DNA of 64,000 nt from an uncultured Clostridia bacterium (GTDB lineage Bacteria > Bacillota > Clostridia > TANB77 > CAG-508), in NCBI GenBank assembly GCA_944391955.1, contig CALXVG010000001.1, positions 315,601 to 379,600 of the forward strand, written 5' to 3'. This document shows positions 20,386 to 30,844 of this stretch, piece after piece (position 1 is the first letter of the stretch; every line of letters starts with the position of its first letter). The position numbers were made by a program, and so were the translations under genes. The notes beneath the pieces are model-generated. The model saw only the letters and a program-made list of their open reading frames with translations. It had not been told where the DNA came from and made no database searches.

Positions 20386-22365
20386 CTATTTTATATATTT
20401 TAAAAGTTTAGGATTTATTTTTTTCCATTTTTGCACAAAATAGTCACCATTATTTTGTATTAAATTTTCATGTTCTTTACTGATATTATCAGTTGTCTGA
20501 TGTGGAAGATGTCCTACTCCCAAATATGTTGTATATGCTAGTTCTTGTCCTTCATTTCTTATTTTTAACGACAAATCTGTATCTTCATAACATGTTGGAT
20601 CATACTTTAAGTCAAATCCTTCCAATTTATCAAATAAAGATTTCTTCATTATTAATCCACCTGTTCCCAAATATCCTATATCGCTTCTGTATAAACCAAT
20701 TGGCGGCATATATTTATATGGAAAACTATCTACTATATGATATGAATATCCTTTTTTATTAAACCAACCAGCTGCCCAACCTAATCCTCCTATTCCTTTA
20801 TGTTCGTTTAATATATCTATATATGGTTCTAACCAGTATTTATGCAATATCCATTGATCACTATCCAAAAACATTATATATTCTTTAGTGGCCTTTGCTA
20901 CCCCTAGATTTCTACCTGATGAACAGCCATTTTTTGAATTTCTGTACAATTTAATTTTGTCCTTATATTTCTCTTGCAACATTTCGTATGAACCGTCTGT
21001 ACTCTGATTGTCTACAACTATTATTTCTATATTATATCTTTCATTAAATTTTATGATTGAGTCTATACAATTTCCAATAACATTTTTGTTGTTGTAGTTT
21101 AATATAACCATTGAAATATTATCATAAAATTTTAAATCACACTTGTTTTGTTCTCCTAAATTGTCTATAATGCTAGTACAACGTGAAAACCAATTATTAT
21201 TTTCTATAAATTCATTTCTGTCATTTATATCAAACTCTATTCCTTCTTTTATCCATTTTATCCAGTCTTTACTATCATTTGAACAATATACATTTTTATA
21301 TTCCACAATATCATCTAGTCTTGTTGAAATAACTGGTTTGTTCATCGCTATATACTCAAATAATTTTAGTGGTGATACATATTTTCCTATTTCATCTGGT
21401 TTAAAAGGTAGTATTGCATAATCTGAATAATATAAATAACTTGGTAAATCTGTTTGTTTCTTTAATCCTAAAAAATGTATATTAGATGGCATTTTTTTCG
21501 TTATATCTATTATGCCTGCATAATCTCCAATTAGATTAATTGAAATTTGTTTGCATTCATCTGCAATTTTCTTTAATATTTCCCAATCAAACCATGTTCC
21601 CCATAATGAGCCATAATAAATAAGTGTTTTTTCCCCTATTACTAAGTCTTTAGGTTTATCATAATTCTTTCTTGGTTCAAATAAATCAGAATCTACTGCA
21701 TTTGGTAAATATAATATTTTTGGAGATTTTACATTGTATTTTTTTGCATATTCTTCTAATTGTTTTACTAATAGCTTTGAGGTACCTACTAAAATTGTAG
21801 ATTTCTTTAAAAATTGTTTTAATGCATTTTCTGAAAAAAACATATTTCCAAGAGAAGTTTCCCAATTATCTATATTTTCATAAATTATTTTGCATCCCTT
21901 GGTTTTAGCCTCTTCAAGATATGGTAAAAATACATCCATTGGTGCCTCAAAAATAAAAATATCATTTTTTTCTATTTTATTTTTAAATTCTTCTTCCTTT
22001 ATTTTATTTACTTTTTTATGTACTGTAACTGGCAACAACATTGAATGTTTGACAGTCTCACTAGAATCAAATACATAATAGTATTCAACTAAATATCCCA
22101 TATTGTTGAAAGTTTTTGCCAACTGCGCTGCTCTTTGTCCTCCTCCTACATCAAAATACGGAATATTTGTAAATATATAAACTCTCTTTTTAGTTTTTAT
22201 TTTTATTTCTTTTTGTTCTTTTTTTGATAATTTATATACTGTATTTGATTTACTAGGATTTTTTACTTTCATTCTAAATGAAGTATATCTATATACTTTT
22301 TTAATTGTTTCCTTAAATCCATTTTCATTGTAATAGTCTTTTATTTTTTGTATTTTAGAATTCAT
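20386..22365 (-). CDS. Bifunctional glycosyltransferase (N-terminal GT4-like + C-terminal GT2)
   Basis: N-terminal half has a GT-B-type 'LKLFEYIAMNKPVIST' motif. C-terminal half has the GT2 signature 'ISMVILNYNNKNV...VVDNQSTDGS'. Confidence 0.7.
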   Translation of the reverse strand: MNSKIQKIKDYYNENGFKETIKKVYRYTSFRMKVKNPSKSNTVYKLSKKEQKEIKIKTKKRVYIFTNIPYFDVGGGQRAAQLAKTFNNMGYLVEYYYVFDSSETVKHSMLLPVTVHKKVNKIKEEEFKNKIEKNDIFIFEAPMDVFLPYLEEAKTKGCKIIYENIDNWETSLGNMFFSENALKQFLKKSTILVGTSKLLVKQLEEYAKKYNVKSPKILYLPNAVDSDLFEPRKNYDKPKDLVIGEKTLIYYGSLWGTWFDWEILKKIADECKQISINLIGDYAGIIDITKKMPSNIHFLGLKKQTDLPSYLYYSDYAILPFKPDEIGKYVSPLKLFEYIAMNKPVISTRLDDIVEYKNVYCSNDSKDWIKWIKEGIEFDINDRNEFIENNNWFSRCTSIIDNLGEQNKCDLKFYDNISMVILNYNNKNVIGNCIDSIIKFNERYNIEIIVVDNQSTDGSYEMLQEKYKDKIKLYRNSKNGCSSGRNLGVAKATKEYIMFLDSDQWILHKYWLEPYIDILNEHKGIGGLGWAAGWFNKKGYSYHIVDSFPYKYMPPIGLYRSDIGYLGTGGLIMKKSLFDKLEGFDLKYDPTCYEDTDLSLKIRNEGQELAYTTYLGVGHLPHQTTDNISKEHENLIQNNGDYFVQKWKKINPKLLKYIK

Positions 22366-22392
22366 GTACTTTCCTTCCTCAAACTTAATATT

Positions 22393-23129
22393 CTACTTCA
22401 TTTGATTTTGATAATACTCTTTACAAATTTCTTCTGCTTTTCCTATTTTCTTTACTTGTCCATGCTCTAGCCATACTGCTCTATCACATATATTTTCTAT
22501 TTGTGCTAATGAATGTGATACAAAAAGTACTGTAGTTCCTCCATTAATCATGCTTTTCATTTTTGCTTCACTTTTTTGCTGAAATGCTATATCTCCTACT
22601 GATAATATTTCATCAACTATTAGTATTTCTGGGTCAACTACTGTTGCTACTGAAAAGGCTAAACGTGCTGTCATACCTGATGAAAAATTTCTTACTGGAA
22701 CATCTAAGAATTCTCTTAATTCTGAAAATTCTACTATTTCTTCAAATTTTTCTTCTATAAATTTTTTACTATAACCTAATACTGCTCCATTCAAGTATAT
22801 GTTTTCTCTTGCTGTTAAATCCATATCAAAGCCTGCTCCTAGTTCTATCATAGGGCATATATTCCCTCGTACTTCTACTTTTCCCTTAGTAGGTTTCATT
22901 ACACCTGCTATAACTTTTAACATTGTTGATTTTCCTGCTCCATTACTTCCTACAAAACCTATTACTTCTCCTCTTTCTACTTCAAATGAAACATCTTTAA
23001 GGGCCCAAAATTCTTCTTTTTTAGGTCTCTTTCTTTTGGGTTGAAATAAGTTTATGAAGAACTGTTTTATTGAAAAGTTTTTTTCTATTCCAAGATTAAA
23101 TCTCATTGATATATTATCTACTTTAATCA
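22393..23129 (-). CDS. ABC transporter ATP-binding protein, polysaccharide/teichoic-acid export type (TagH/Wzt-like), set 1
   Basis: Walker A 'GSNGAGKST', signature 'SSGMTARLAF' and Walker B 'ILIVDE'. Preferred start is MIKVDN at 23129, which has an AGGAGG SD. Confidence 0.85.
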
Positions 23130-23143
23130 TATTTCCTCCTAAA

Positions 23144-23932
23144 TTATACGTAATAAATAAATTTGTCTTGAGTTTTCTTGAAAACAATAACACCTATAAA
23201 TAATACTATTGCTGATGAAATTAGACATACTGCCCAAGTGAAAGGTTGTGGTATTCTGCCATATAAAATTATTTCCCTTGCAAAATTAATATAGTGATAT
23301 AATGGATTTAGTTTTAATATAGGCTGTAATTTTGTTGAAATCATGCTTATGTCATACATTATTGGTGTTAGATAAGTCCACATCATCACTATAATTCCAT
23401 ATATATAAAACATGTCTCTTAAAAAAACTGAAACTGCTGATAATATAAATCCCATTCCTAAAGTAAACATGAATAAGCATACAAATGCATAAGGTAAAAA
23501 TATATGATATATATTAATTCCTGTGCCTGTTGCAAAAAGTACTATGTAAAGTGGAATTAGTGTAAGTAAAAAATTTATTCCTACAAATAAGCATTTTGAT
23601 AATGGAAATATATATTTGGGTATATAAATTTTATTTAATAGTGAAAAACTTCCAACTACTGAACTCATGGCCAAATTTGATGCTTCACTAAAATAGTTGA
23701 ACATTACTAACCCTGATAATAAATAAGCTAAATAACTTACTCCTGGTGTGCTAAATCTAAATACATTTGAAAATACTATTGCCATAACTGTCATTGTTAA
23801 TAATGGATATAATAAGCTCCAAACTATTCCTAATACTGAGCGTTTATATTTTACTTTAAAATCTCTAGAAACCAGTTGTTGTAATAGAAATGAGTATCTT
23901 TTTAAATTTATCATAACGTTTTTCAAAAACAT
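23144..23932 (-). CDS. ABC-2 type transporter permease (TagG/Wzm-like), set 1
   Basis: 262 aa with 6 TM helices, immediately upstream of the ATPase gene. Confidence 0.8.
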   Translation of the reverse strand: MFLKNVMINLKRYSFLLQQLVSRDFKVKYKRSVLGIVWSLLYPLLTMTVMAIVFSNVFRFSTPGVSYLAYLLSGLVMFNYFSEASNLAMSSVVGSFSLLNKIYIPKYIFPLSKCLFVGINFLLTLIPLYIVLFATGTGINIYHIFLPYAFVCLFMFTLGMGFILSAVSVFLRDMFYIYGIIVMMWTYLTPIMYDISMISTKLQPILKLNPLYHYINFAREIILYGRIPQPFTWAVCLISSAIVLFIGVIVFKKTQDKFIYYV

Positions 23933-24104
23933 GCTATACCTCCGATTTTTCTTGAGTTATTATATAACAAAACCTATAAATAATCAAGCTTTTTGGGCTT
24001 AAGTTCAATATTGTTTTTATTTATTGCTAATATTTTAATTTTGCATTTAATATTAAATTATGATAATATTTTTAATGATATATTAAAATTTTAGGAGGTA
24101 AATT

Positions 24105-25790
24105 ATGAACTCTAAGAAAAGTAAATTTAATCTAAATTTTGACTACAATAATTTAATAAAAAATACAAAAATAAACAGTAGTACAATTGATATTGCTAAT
24201 CTTATAATGAACAATACGTTTTATGAATCTCCTCAATATGATAAAATTGAATTTGGAGATAAAATAAAATGGGATTACCAACATTTTACAGCAGCTAACA
24301 GTTATCAGCTATATATTCACTCTTTAAATATGATTAGTTATCTAACAGACGCATATTTAGTATCTAAAGATATTAAATATTTAAAAAAAGCATATTCTAT
24401 TTTAAAAGATTGGCAAGAATATAATAAATCAAACTGCAAAGTTAAAAAGAATTATGTTTGGTCTGACCATTCCACAACCTTCCGTACTATAAATATATTA
24501 TATTTTTATTTAGTATCATATAATTTAATTAAAATAAATCATAAAGAAATATATTCTATAATAATAGAACATCTTGATTATTTAAATAATTTTCCTTATT
24601 ATTCTAATGATAATCATGGTATTATGATAGATAGAACTTTGTTATTATCTTCTTTTATATTAAATGACACATTGCTAAGTGCAGTTTATTTCAATAAAAG
24701 TTATTATCGTCTACGAGAAGCATTTTTTCGTGATTTCAGTAAAAAAGGAGTTCATCTAGAAAATTCTGTAGATTATCATTGTATAGTAAAGCGATTGTTT
24801 AAAGAAATAAATGAATTTTTGGTAAAAATGAATTTGTCATTAGGTGATGATATTACTAACATTTTATACGATGATATAGATTATCTAGGGTATATTGAGA
24901 AGCCAGATTGTCGTTTTCCATTAATTGGAGATACAAGTGGAACTCAGGTTAATAAAATAAAAAAACATTTTGATAATTTTATAGATACTAGTGCTGGTAT
25001 TGCAATTTTTCAAAAAGAAAATATAGAAAACCCTTCTAAGTCTTTATGGTTAAGCTTCATTTGTGGCTATGGAAATTCCAACCACAAACATAATGATGAT
25101 TTATCAATTCTTTTATCTAATAATGGATATGATTTATTTGTAGATGCAGGTAAATACAATTATAACCGTAAAGACCCTATAAGAATTTATTGTAAATCTA
25201 TTGCAGCCCATAATACTATTCAAATAGGGGATGATACAAAAGGATATGAAATATTAGCAAATGCTACATCTAGCAATAAACCTCATATTACTGATTTTTT
25301 CCAGGGTTCACAGTATAATTTAATTAAAGGTATAAATGCAAATTATACCAATGCCTGTGTGGAAAGAGCTGTCATTTTGATAAAATCAACTATACTTGTT
25401 ATTTATGATAAAATAGAATGTACTGATGTACAAGATTGCATTCAATCTTTTAATTTAGCTCCTGGTATGACTTATAAGAAGATAAATAAAAATAAATTTG
25501 TGCTTACAAATCATGATTATAATATTATTTATGAACAACATAAACCAATTGACCAAATAGATTTTTTAGAAGCAAATAAAGATTTACCACAAGCTATTAT
25601 TTCAGAAACTTTTAGCAATTTGACTGATATTACTCAAATAAAAGCTCATAAAAAAGGAAAATCAAATTATTTTTTAACTTCTATTAATCTAGATCCTAAT
25701 AACTATCAAATTAATAATTTAGCAGTTGATGATAATAAAAAAATTATTAGTATAAAGATTAATGAAGAAAATTTAGAAATTTTCATATAA
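24105..25790 (+). CDS. Heparinase II/III-like family protein (polysaccharide lyase/epimerase-like)
   Basis: 561 aa with weak matches to conserved heparinase II/III C-terminal regions ('GNSNHKHNDDLS', 'IAAHNT'). SD AGGAGG is present. Transcribed divergently from the ABC exporter genes. Confidence 0.55.
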   Translation: MNSKKSKFNLNFDYNNLIKNTKINSSTIDIANLIMNNTFYESPQYDKIEFGDKIKWDYQHFTAANSYQLYIHSLNMISYLTDAYLVSKDIKYLKKAYSILKDWQEYNKSNCKVKKNYVWSDHSTTFRTINILYFYLVSYNLIKINHKEIYSIIIEHLDYLNNFPYYSNDNHGIMIDRTLLLSSFILNDTLLSAVYFNKSYYRLREAFFRDFSKKGVHLENSVDYHCIVKRLFKEINEFLVKMNLSLGDDITNILYDDIDYLGYIEKPDCRFPLIGDTSGTQVNKIKKHFDNFIDTSAGIAIFQKENIENPSKSLWLSFICGYGNSNHKHNDDLSILLSNNGYDLFVDAGKYNYNRKDPIRIYCKSIAAHNTIQIGDDTKGYEILANATSSNKPHITDFFQGSQYNLIKGINANYTNACVERAVILIKSTILVIYDKIECTDVQDCIQSFNLAPGMTYKKINKNKFVLTNHDYNIIYEQHKPIDQIDFLEANKDLPQAIISETFSNLTDITQIKAHKKGKSNYFLTSINLDPNNYQINNLAVDDNKKIISIKINEENLEIFI

Positions 25791-25806
25791 TATGTCTTTA
25801 AAATAT

Positions 25807-25848
25807 AAAAAACAAATAGTCTATTATAAAAATAGATTATTTGTTTTT
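25807..25848. terminator. Bidirectional rho-independent terminator between convergent genes
   Basis: A ~15-bp imperfect inverted repeat (AAAACAAATAGTCTA ... TAGATTATTTGTTTT) flanked by A- and T-runs. Confidence 0.5.
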
Positions 25849-25852
25849 TAGT

Positions 25853-28800
25853 TTATAACTTATCATATAATTTCTTAATTTCATCTATTATTTCTAATGA
25901 TAATTGTTTTTCTTTATCATCTTCAATTAATTCTAATTTTGCTAAATACCAATTATTCATAAAATGTTCATATCGTCTGTTAATATATTCATTAAGTAAA
26001 TTATATTCTTTTAATTTTTGTACTTGATACCTTTCCATTATTAAGAATTTTTCGAAGAATTTATGATTTATAGTATTTACAACCGAATCATTTCTTGCAG
26101 CATAATAGATGTGAATTGGTATATTAATATAATAAGCTTTTTTTGCATTTATCATTAACTCTTGGAAGAACAATGAATCTTGCCCTGCTGCTCCAACTGG
26201 ATTTTCAATTTTATTTTTAGTAATCAATTCTTTTTTTATAACACATGCTTGTATGCTATTGGTCTTAAAATCTTTTTTTATTAATTCTGCTTTAGGATTA
26301 TTAATTTCTTTATCTGATGAAAAATAATTAAAAGTAGCTTCTCTGTCACTTAATTTCATTATACCACCAAAAGCAAAGTCATAATCATTCTTACTTACTA
26401 TTTCAAATAACTTAGCATACCCATCATTTATTGCTTCATTATCTGGATCTAAGTAAGTAACATATTTAGCTGTTGCAAGTTCAATTCCTTTATTTCTAGG
26501 TCTTGAAGCAGTACCACTTCCTCCGTCTGTAAAAGAATAAGTTCTTACATTTGTATATTTATTTTTAATATCGCTGATGGTATTTATAGTTTCTTCGTCT
26601 GTTGAACCATCATCTATTAATAATATTTCCATTTTGTCAAATATTGAGCTTCTCAATAAACTATTAAAACATTTATAAAGCAAGAATTTTCCATTATTAT
26701 ATATTGGTACTATTACTGATAATTCTGGAGTACTAAATTTAGAGTACTTAATAGTAGTTATACCAAATGGATCTATACTATATCCATTTCCTTCAATATG
26801 TTTATCTTTAATTGTTTCTATTACATTATATTTTTTTGAATCAAAAATAGAAATTCTTACATCTGAAGGTTCATTAATATAGTCATGATTAATTCCTTCT
26901 ATTTTTCCATTTTGAATTCTACTATTAATTGTTATATAGTCACATGCTGTATATTTAAATGCGTTAATCATATCTTCTATATAGTGTCTCTGATAGTTAA
27001 TATCATCTGACATATATGCAATATAATCATATTGCACTGCAATTTCATCTGTTAATTTTTCTAATTCTATAATGTCTTTATTTGTATATGTTTGACTTTG
27101 ATACATGCTTTCAATCTTATCTGTAATCTTATCACAAACTACTAATACTCTTTTGTCTTTAATAATATATTTATTTTCATCAATACATCTAAATATATAA
27201 TTTAATTTATCATATACTGTATGATGTGACATTACATTTCTAATTCCATCAATTTGCATTTTATATATTTCTACTTCATTGTATGAATTTAAAATTTTAC
27301 TAACTTCAAAAAAATTTTTAACAATAAAAATATTTGGAAATTTGTTATTTACAGCTATACTATAATTTGAAATCATAAGATTTCCAATTGCTTGTAACTC
27401 ATAAACCCTCATTGCACACATTGTAGGGCTATATTTAATGCTGTTTAAATTTAATGACCAGTTAAAAAGTTTATGAACTTTTTGCAATTTTTCATGGTCA
27501 ATTGCTGGTATAATATATTTATTATATTCTATTGGAAATTCATATCCAGAAATATTGCAGTTTCTATCCGCTAATATTAGATTATTATTTGATTGAATTA
27601 CTCCATCAAATAGTATTCTAGCATCTTGACATCTTTCTTTATATCTTGGTGCCCAACTTCCTGCAAAAAATACGTCACTTGTTAGCTTTAATTTTTCATT
27701 TTTAAACCCGATTGGATTATGGAACTGCGGATTTACACCATAATCTAACAAAAATACATTTTCATTTCCAGTATCTATTTTATAATTTTCTATCATTTCA
27801 CTTGCTGTAGTAAAAATATAATTTGCATGTTTTGCAATAGGTAAAAATACTTCATAATTACTTGGATCTTCAATCGTCTGAAATATTACTTTTTTATTCT
27901 GCTTTTTTGCATATTCCAATACTTCTATTACTCTGTTTCGTCCTGCCTCACTAGTCATACCTCTCCAATCGTTATTATTCATTCCATGCCAACAACTTAC
28001 AAATAATACTATATCTACTTGGTTTATTATTTCTTTATAGTTTAAATATGATATATATATTAATTGAGTAGCATCCTTGTAGTAATTAAACATATATTCA
28101 TCTGTTATTATTCCTATCTTAACTCGAATTTTTTCATAATAATTCGACCCATTTGAATTAGGAATATCTTTTATTAAATTATCAATATTTTTATAAAAAT
28201 CCATATTTACTTTTGGTTCATTTTTTATTTTTGCTACTACTTTTCTATTAAAAGAAGGTAATCGGTTTGTAAAAATAGAATTTTTAAGATTTTTAATTTT
28301 TCTTAATATTTTGATAATCTTCCTTTGATTAAATCTCTTAATAACATTGTTTAATTCTTTAATTTGCTTCATATTTTTTTCTTTTTCCTCTTCTAGTAGA
28401 ATTTTTTTTCTTTCTTCTTCTTGTAATAGCTGAGAAAGATTTGTTATCTTCTTTTCTAAATTTTCTATGTCTTTTTTATATTTTTGAACTAGATTTTCTA
28501 TAACTTTTTTATTTTCTTTAACTTTATTTTCTAAGTCCATATTTTTTTTATTACTTATTTGTAAATCTTGAAGTGTTTCATAATAGTTTATATATAGCTT
28601 GTTTTCTTTTTCATATAATGATTTTTCCATTTTTTCTAAATACTTTAACGGCATTACTTGTTTTTCACTATTAGATTTAATGCATTTAATCCCTATCCAT
28701 TCATCGAAAAATTCCATGTTTATAATTTCTAGCATTCCATTAGTTTCTTTAAAAAGATCATATACATAATATGTTTTTTTATGGTCGAAATAACTATTAA

Positions 28801-29242
28801 TTCCAAATGGGACTGTAATTATTATTGCTCCATTGTCATTTAAAAGTGTTACTACTTTTTTTAAAATTTCTACAGGATAAAATACATGTTCTAATATTTC
28901 CGAAAGAATTATTGTATCATATTTGTTTGTTGTTTCTAAATCATTTATAGAAACATTAATAAAATTAACCTTTTCTTGTATTTCCTTTTCTTCTTGTTCT
29001 TTAATTTTGTTTGCTTTTTCAATTGCACTTTTATCTATATCAATTCCTAAAGCTGTTTTTCCCTCTCTTGCCATGAGAATAGGAAAAATTCCAGATGAAC
29101 AACCTACATCAAGAATACTGTCTCCTTGTACCATCTGAGACATCCAAAGAAACCTTTTTTGAATCTTCATTTGAAATTCTTTTCCTAACGCTCCTTTATA
29201 TCCTTCGTAAATTTTATCATTGTTTAGTATTTTTTCATCCAT
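25853..29242 (-). CDS. Multidomain SAM-methyltransferase / coiled-coil / GT2 glycosyltransferase (WsaE/WbdD-like chain-capping enzyme candidate)
   Basis: N-terminal class I MTase motif 'ILDVGCSSGIF', about 120 aa of heptad-like K/E-rich coiled coil, and a C-terminal GT2 domain 'LSVIVPIYNNGKFL...LIDDGSTDE'. It is co-located with ABC exporter set 2. Confidence 0.7.
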   Translation of the reverse strand: MDEKILNNDKIYEGYKGALGKEFQMKIQKRFLWMSQMVQGDSILDVGCSSGIFPILMAREGKTALGIDIDKSAIEKANKIKEQEEKEIQEKVNFINVSINDLETTNKYDTIILSEILEHVFYPVEILKKVVTLLNDNGAIIITVPFGINSYFDHKKTYYVYDLFKETNGMLEIINMEFFDEWIGIKCIKSNSEKQVMPLKYLEKMEKSLYEKENKLYINYYETLQDLQISNKKNMDLENKVKENKKVIENLVQKYKKDIENLEKKITNLSQLLQEEERKKILLEEEKEKNMKQIKELNNVIKRFNQRKIIKILRKIKNLKNSIFTNRLPSFNRKVVAKIKNEPKVNMDFYKNIDNLIKDIPNSNGSNYYEKIRVKIGIITDEYMFNYYKDATQLIYISYLNYKEIINQVDIVLFVSCWHGMNNNDWRGMTSEAGRNRVIEVLEYAKKQNKKVIFQTIEDPSNYEVFLPIAKHANYIFTTASEMIENYKIDTGNENVFLLDYGVNPQFHNPIGFKNEKLKLTSDVFFAGSWAPRYKERCQDARILFDGVIQSNNNLILADRNCNISGYEFPIEYNKYIIPAIDHEKLQKVHKLFNWSLNLNSIKYSPTMCAMRVYELQAIGNLMISNYSIAVNNKFPNIFIVKNFFEVSKILNSYNEVEIYKMQIDGIRNVMSHHTVYDKLNYIFRCIDENKYIIKDKRVLVVCDKITDKIESMYQSQTYTNKDIIELEKLTDEIAVQYDYIAYMSDDINYQRHYIEDMINAFKYTACDYITINSRIQNGKIEGINHDYINEPSDVRISIFDSKKYNVIETIKDKHIEGNGYSIDPFGITTIKYSKFSTPELSVIVPIYNNGKFLLYKCFNSLLRSSIFDKMEILLIDDGSTDEETINTISDIKNKYTNVRTYSFTDGGSGTASRPRNKGIELATAKYVTYLDPDNEAINDGYAKLFEIVSKNDYDFAFGGIMKLSDREATFNYFSSDKEINNPKAELIKKDFKTNSIQACVIKKELITKNKIENPVGAAGQDSLFFQELMINAKKAYYINIPIHIYYAARNDSVVNTINHKFFEKFLIMERYQVQKLKEYNLLNEYINRRYEHFMNNWYLAKLELIEDDKEKQLSLEIIDEIKKLYDKL

Positions 29243-29244
29243 TT

Positions 29245-29994
29245 TTAAGATTTTTTTACTCCTTTTCCATCCATGAATTTGGTATAATTATCTACCACCT
29301 TTTCTGTTGTATCAAAATCAATTAAATTCCCATTATCTATCCATATAGTTTTAGAACATATTTCTTTTATTGTATTTAAACTATGTGAAACTATTAGAAT
29401 AGTTTTATCTTTATTTTTTATTATTTCTTTTATCTTAGCATAACTTTTTTCTCTAAAGCTTATATCTCCTACACTAAGTACTTCATCAATAAGTAATATA
29501 TCAGTATCTAATAGTGTTGTAATAGAAAATGCTAGTTTTGAGTGCATTCCACTTGAATATGTTTTTACAGGTTTATATATGAAATCTCCGAGTTCTGAAA
29601 ATTCAATAATTTCATCTATTTTTTCATTGATTTTTTCCTTTGTAAACCCTAAAAGGAGACCTGATAAAATTATATTTTCATATCCTGATAATTCAACATT
29701 AAAGCCAAGTCCAATAGATAATAATGCTACAGTATTATCTTTTATATCTACAGTTCCTGTATCTGGTGAAAATATTCCTGCAATAGTTTTTAATAATGTA
29801 CTTTTTCCACTACCATTTCTACCAATTACTCCAATAACACTACCTTTTTCTATTTTAAAATTAATATTTTTTAATGCTGTAAAAACATCTTTCTTTTTCC
29901 ATATTTTTAAAATGTTAGACTTAATTCTAAAAGATTTCATAGAACGATAATTTACAGATAAATTGTCTACTATTATAGCATACTCTTTTTTCAC
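29245..29994 (-). CDS. ABC transporter ATP-binding protein (Wzt/TagH-like), set 2
   Basis: Walker A 'GRNGSGKST', signature 'SSGMHSKLAF' and Walker B 'ILLIDE'. Confidence 0.85.
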   Translation of the reverse strand: MKKEYAIIVDNLSVNYRSMKSFRIKSNILKIWKKKDVFTALKNINFKIEKGSVIGVIGRNGSGKSTLLKTIAGIFSPDTGTVDIKDNTVALLSIGLGFNVELSGYENIILSGLLLGFTKEKINEKIDEIIEFSELGDFIYKPVKTYSSGMHSKLAFSITTLLDTDILLIDEVLSVGDISFREKSYAKIKEIIKNKDKTILIVSHSLNTIKEICSKTIWIDNGNLIDFDTTEKVVDNYTKFMDGKGVKKS

Positions 29995-29995
29995 T

Positions 29996-30778
29996 TTACA
30001 TCACCTTTGCATATGAATTTTCATATTTATGAATTAATTTAATTCCAATAATAGTTAAAAGTACTACTATTACTGTCCAATAAGCAAATAATTGAAAGTT
30101 TAATCCTGTTCCATACATGAAAACATTTCTAAAATCTTCAATTATATATGCTATAGGGTTTATTCTCATCATAATATTAGTTAAGTTTGCAGGCAATGTC
30201 TCTGAAATAGAATAGAAAATTCCTGATAGATAAAAAACTAGCCTTAATATAATTTGTAAAATATTTGCAGAATCTTCAATAAATACTCCAAAATGGGATA
30301 AAATGGTTGATAATGCAAACGATAATAAACATAATAAAAGCATTAATGGTATAGTATAAAGTATATTAACTGTAACCTCTACTTTTAAAATTATTGACAT
30401 TACTGCTAATAAAACAAGAGAGATAAGAAATTTAATAAAATTAACATATATTTTTTCCACAACTAACATATATTTAGGAATATATTTTTGACTTATTATT
30501 CCCTTATTGCTACGAATTATTTTTACACAGGTTAGTAAATTTTTATTAAAAAAATTCCATATTGTTATTCCACACATAACAAAAACTGGCAAATTTGGTA
30601 CAGAAGTTTTAAATACAACTTGAACAATAAATGTATATATAAGCATAAAAAATAAAGGGTCTAGTATCCACCATAGCCATGTTAAATAAGAACTTGCTAC
30701 CTCTGCTTTTAGCTCTGATTTTGCAGCATACATAGCATATGGATTATATTTTTTAAAATTTTTAATAAACTTTCTCAT
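29996..30778 (-). CDS. ABC-2 type transporter permease (Wzm/TagG-like), set 2
   Basis: 260 aa with 6 TM helices, directly upstream of ATPase set 2. Confidence 0.8.
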   Translation of the reverse strand: MRKFIKNFKKYNPYAMYAAKSELKAEVASSYLTWLWWILDPLFFMLIYTFIVQVVFKTSVPNLPVFVMCGITIWNFFNKNLLTCVKIIRSNKGIISQKYIPKYMLVVEKIYVNFIKFLISLVLLAVMSIILKVEVTVNILYTIPLMLLLCLLSFALSTILSHFGVFIEDSANILQIILRLVFYLSGIFYSISETLPANLTNIMMRINPIAYIIEDFRNVFMYGTGLNFQLFAYWTVIVVLLTIIGIKLIHKYENSYAKVM

Positions 30779-30844
30779 TATATAACTTTCTCCATTTCAT
30801 ATAGTATAAATACCAATTAAATAATTGGTATTTATACATACAAT

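Noticed and set aside
20024-20403. Plus-strand ORFs of 60-140 aa scattered through the island (e.g. 19645-20073, 20024-20338, 17537-18454)
   Set aside because: They are AT-rich antisense ORFs inside strongly supported minus-strand enzyme genes. Their products are Leu/Phe/Ile-rich and low-complexity, typical of shadow ORFs in low-GC genomes.
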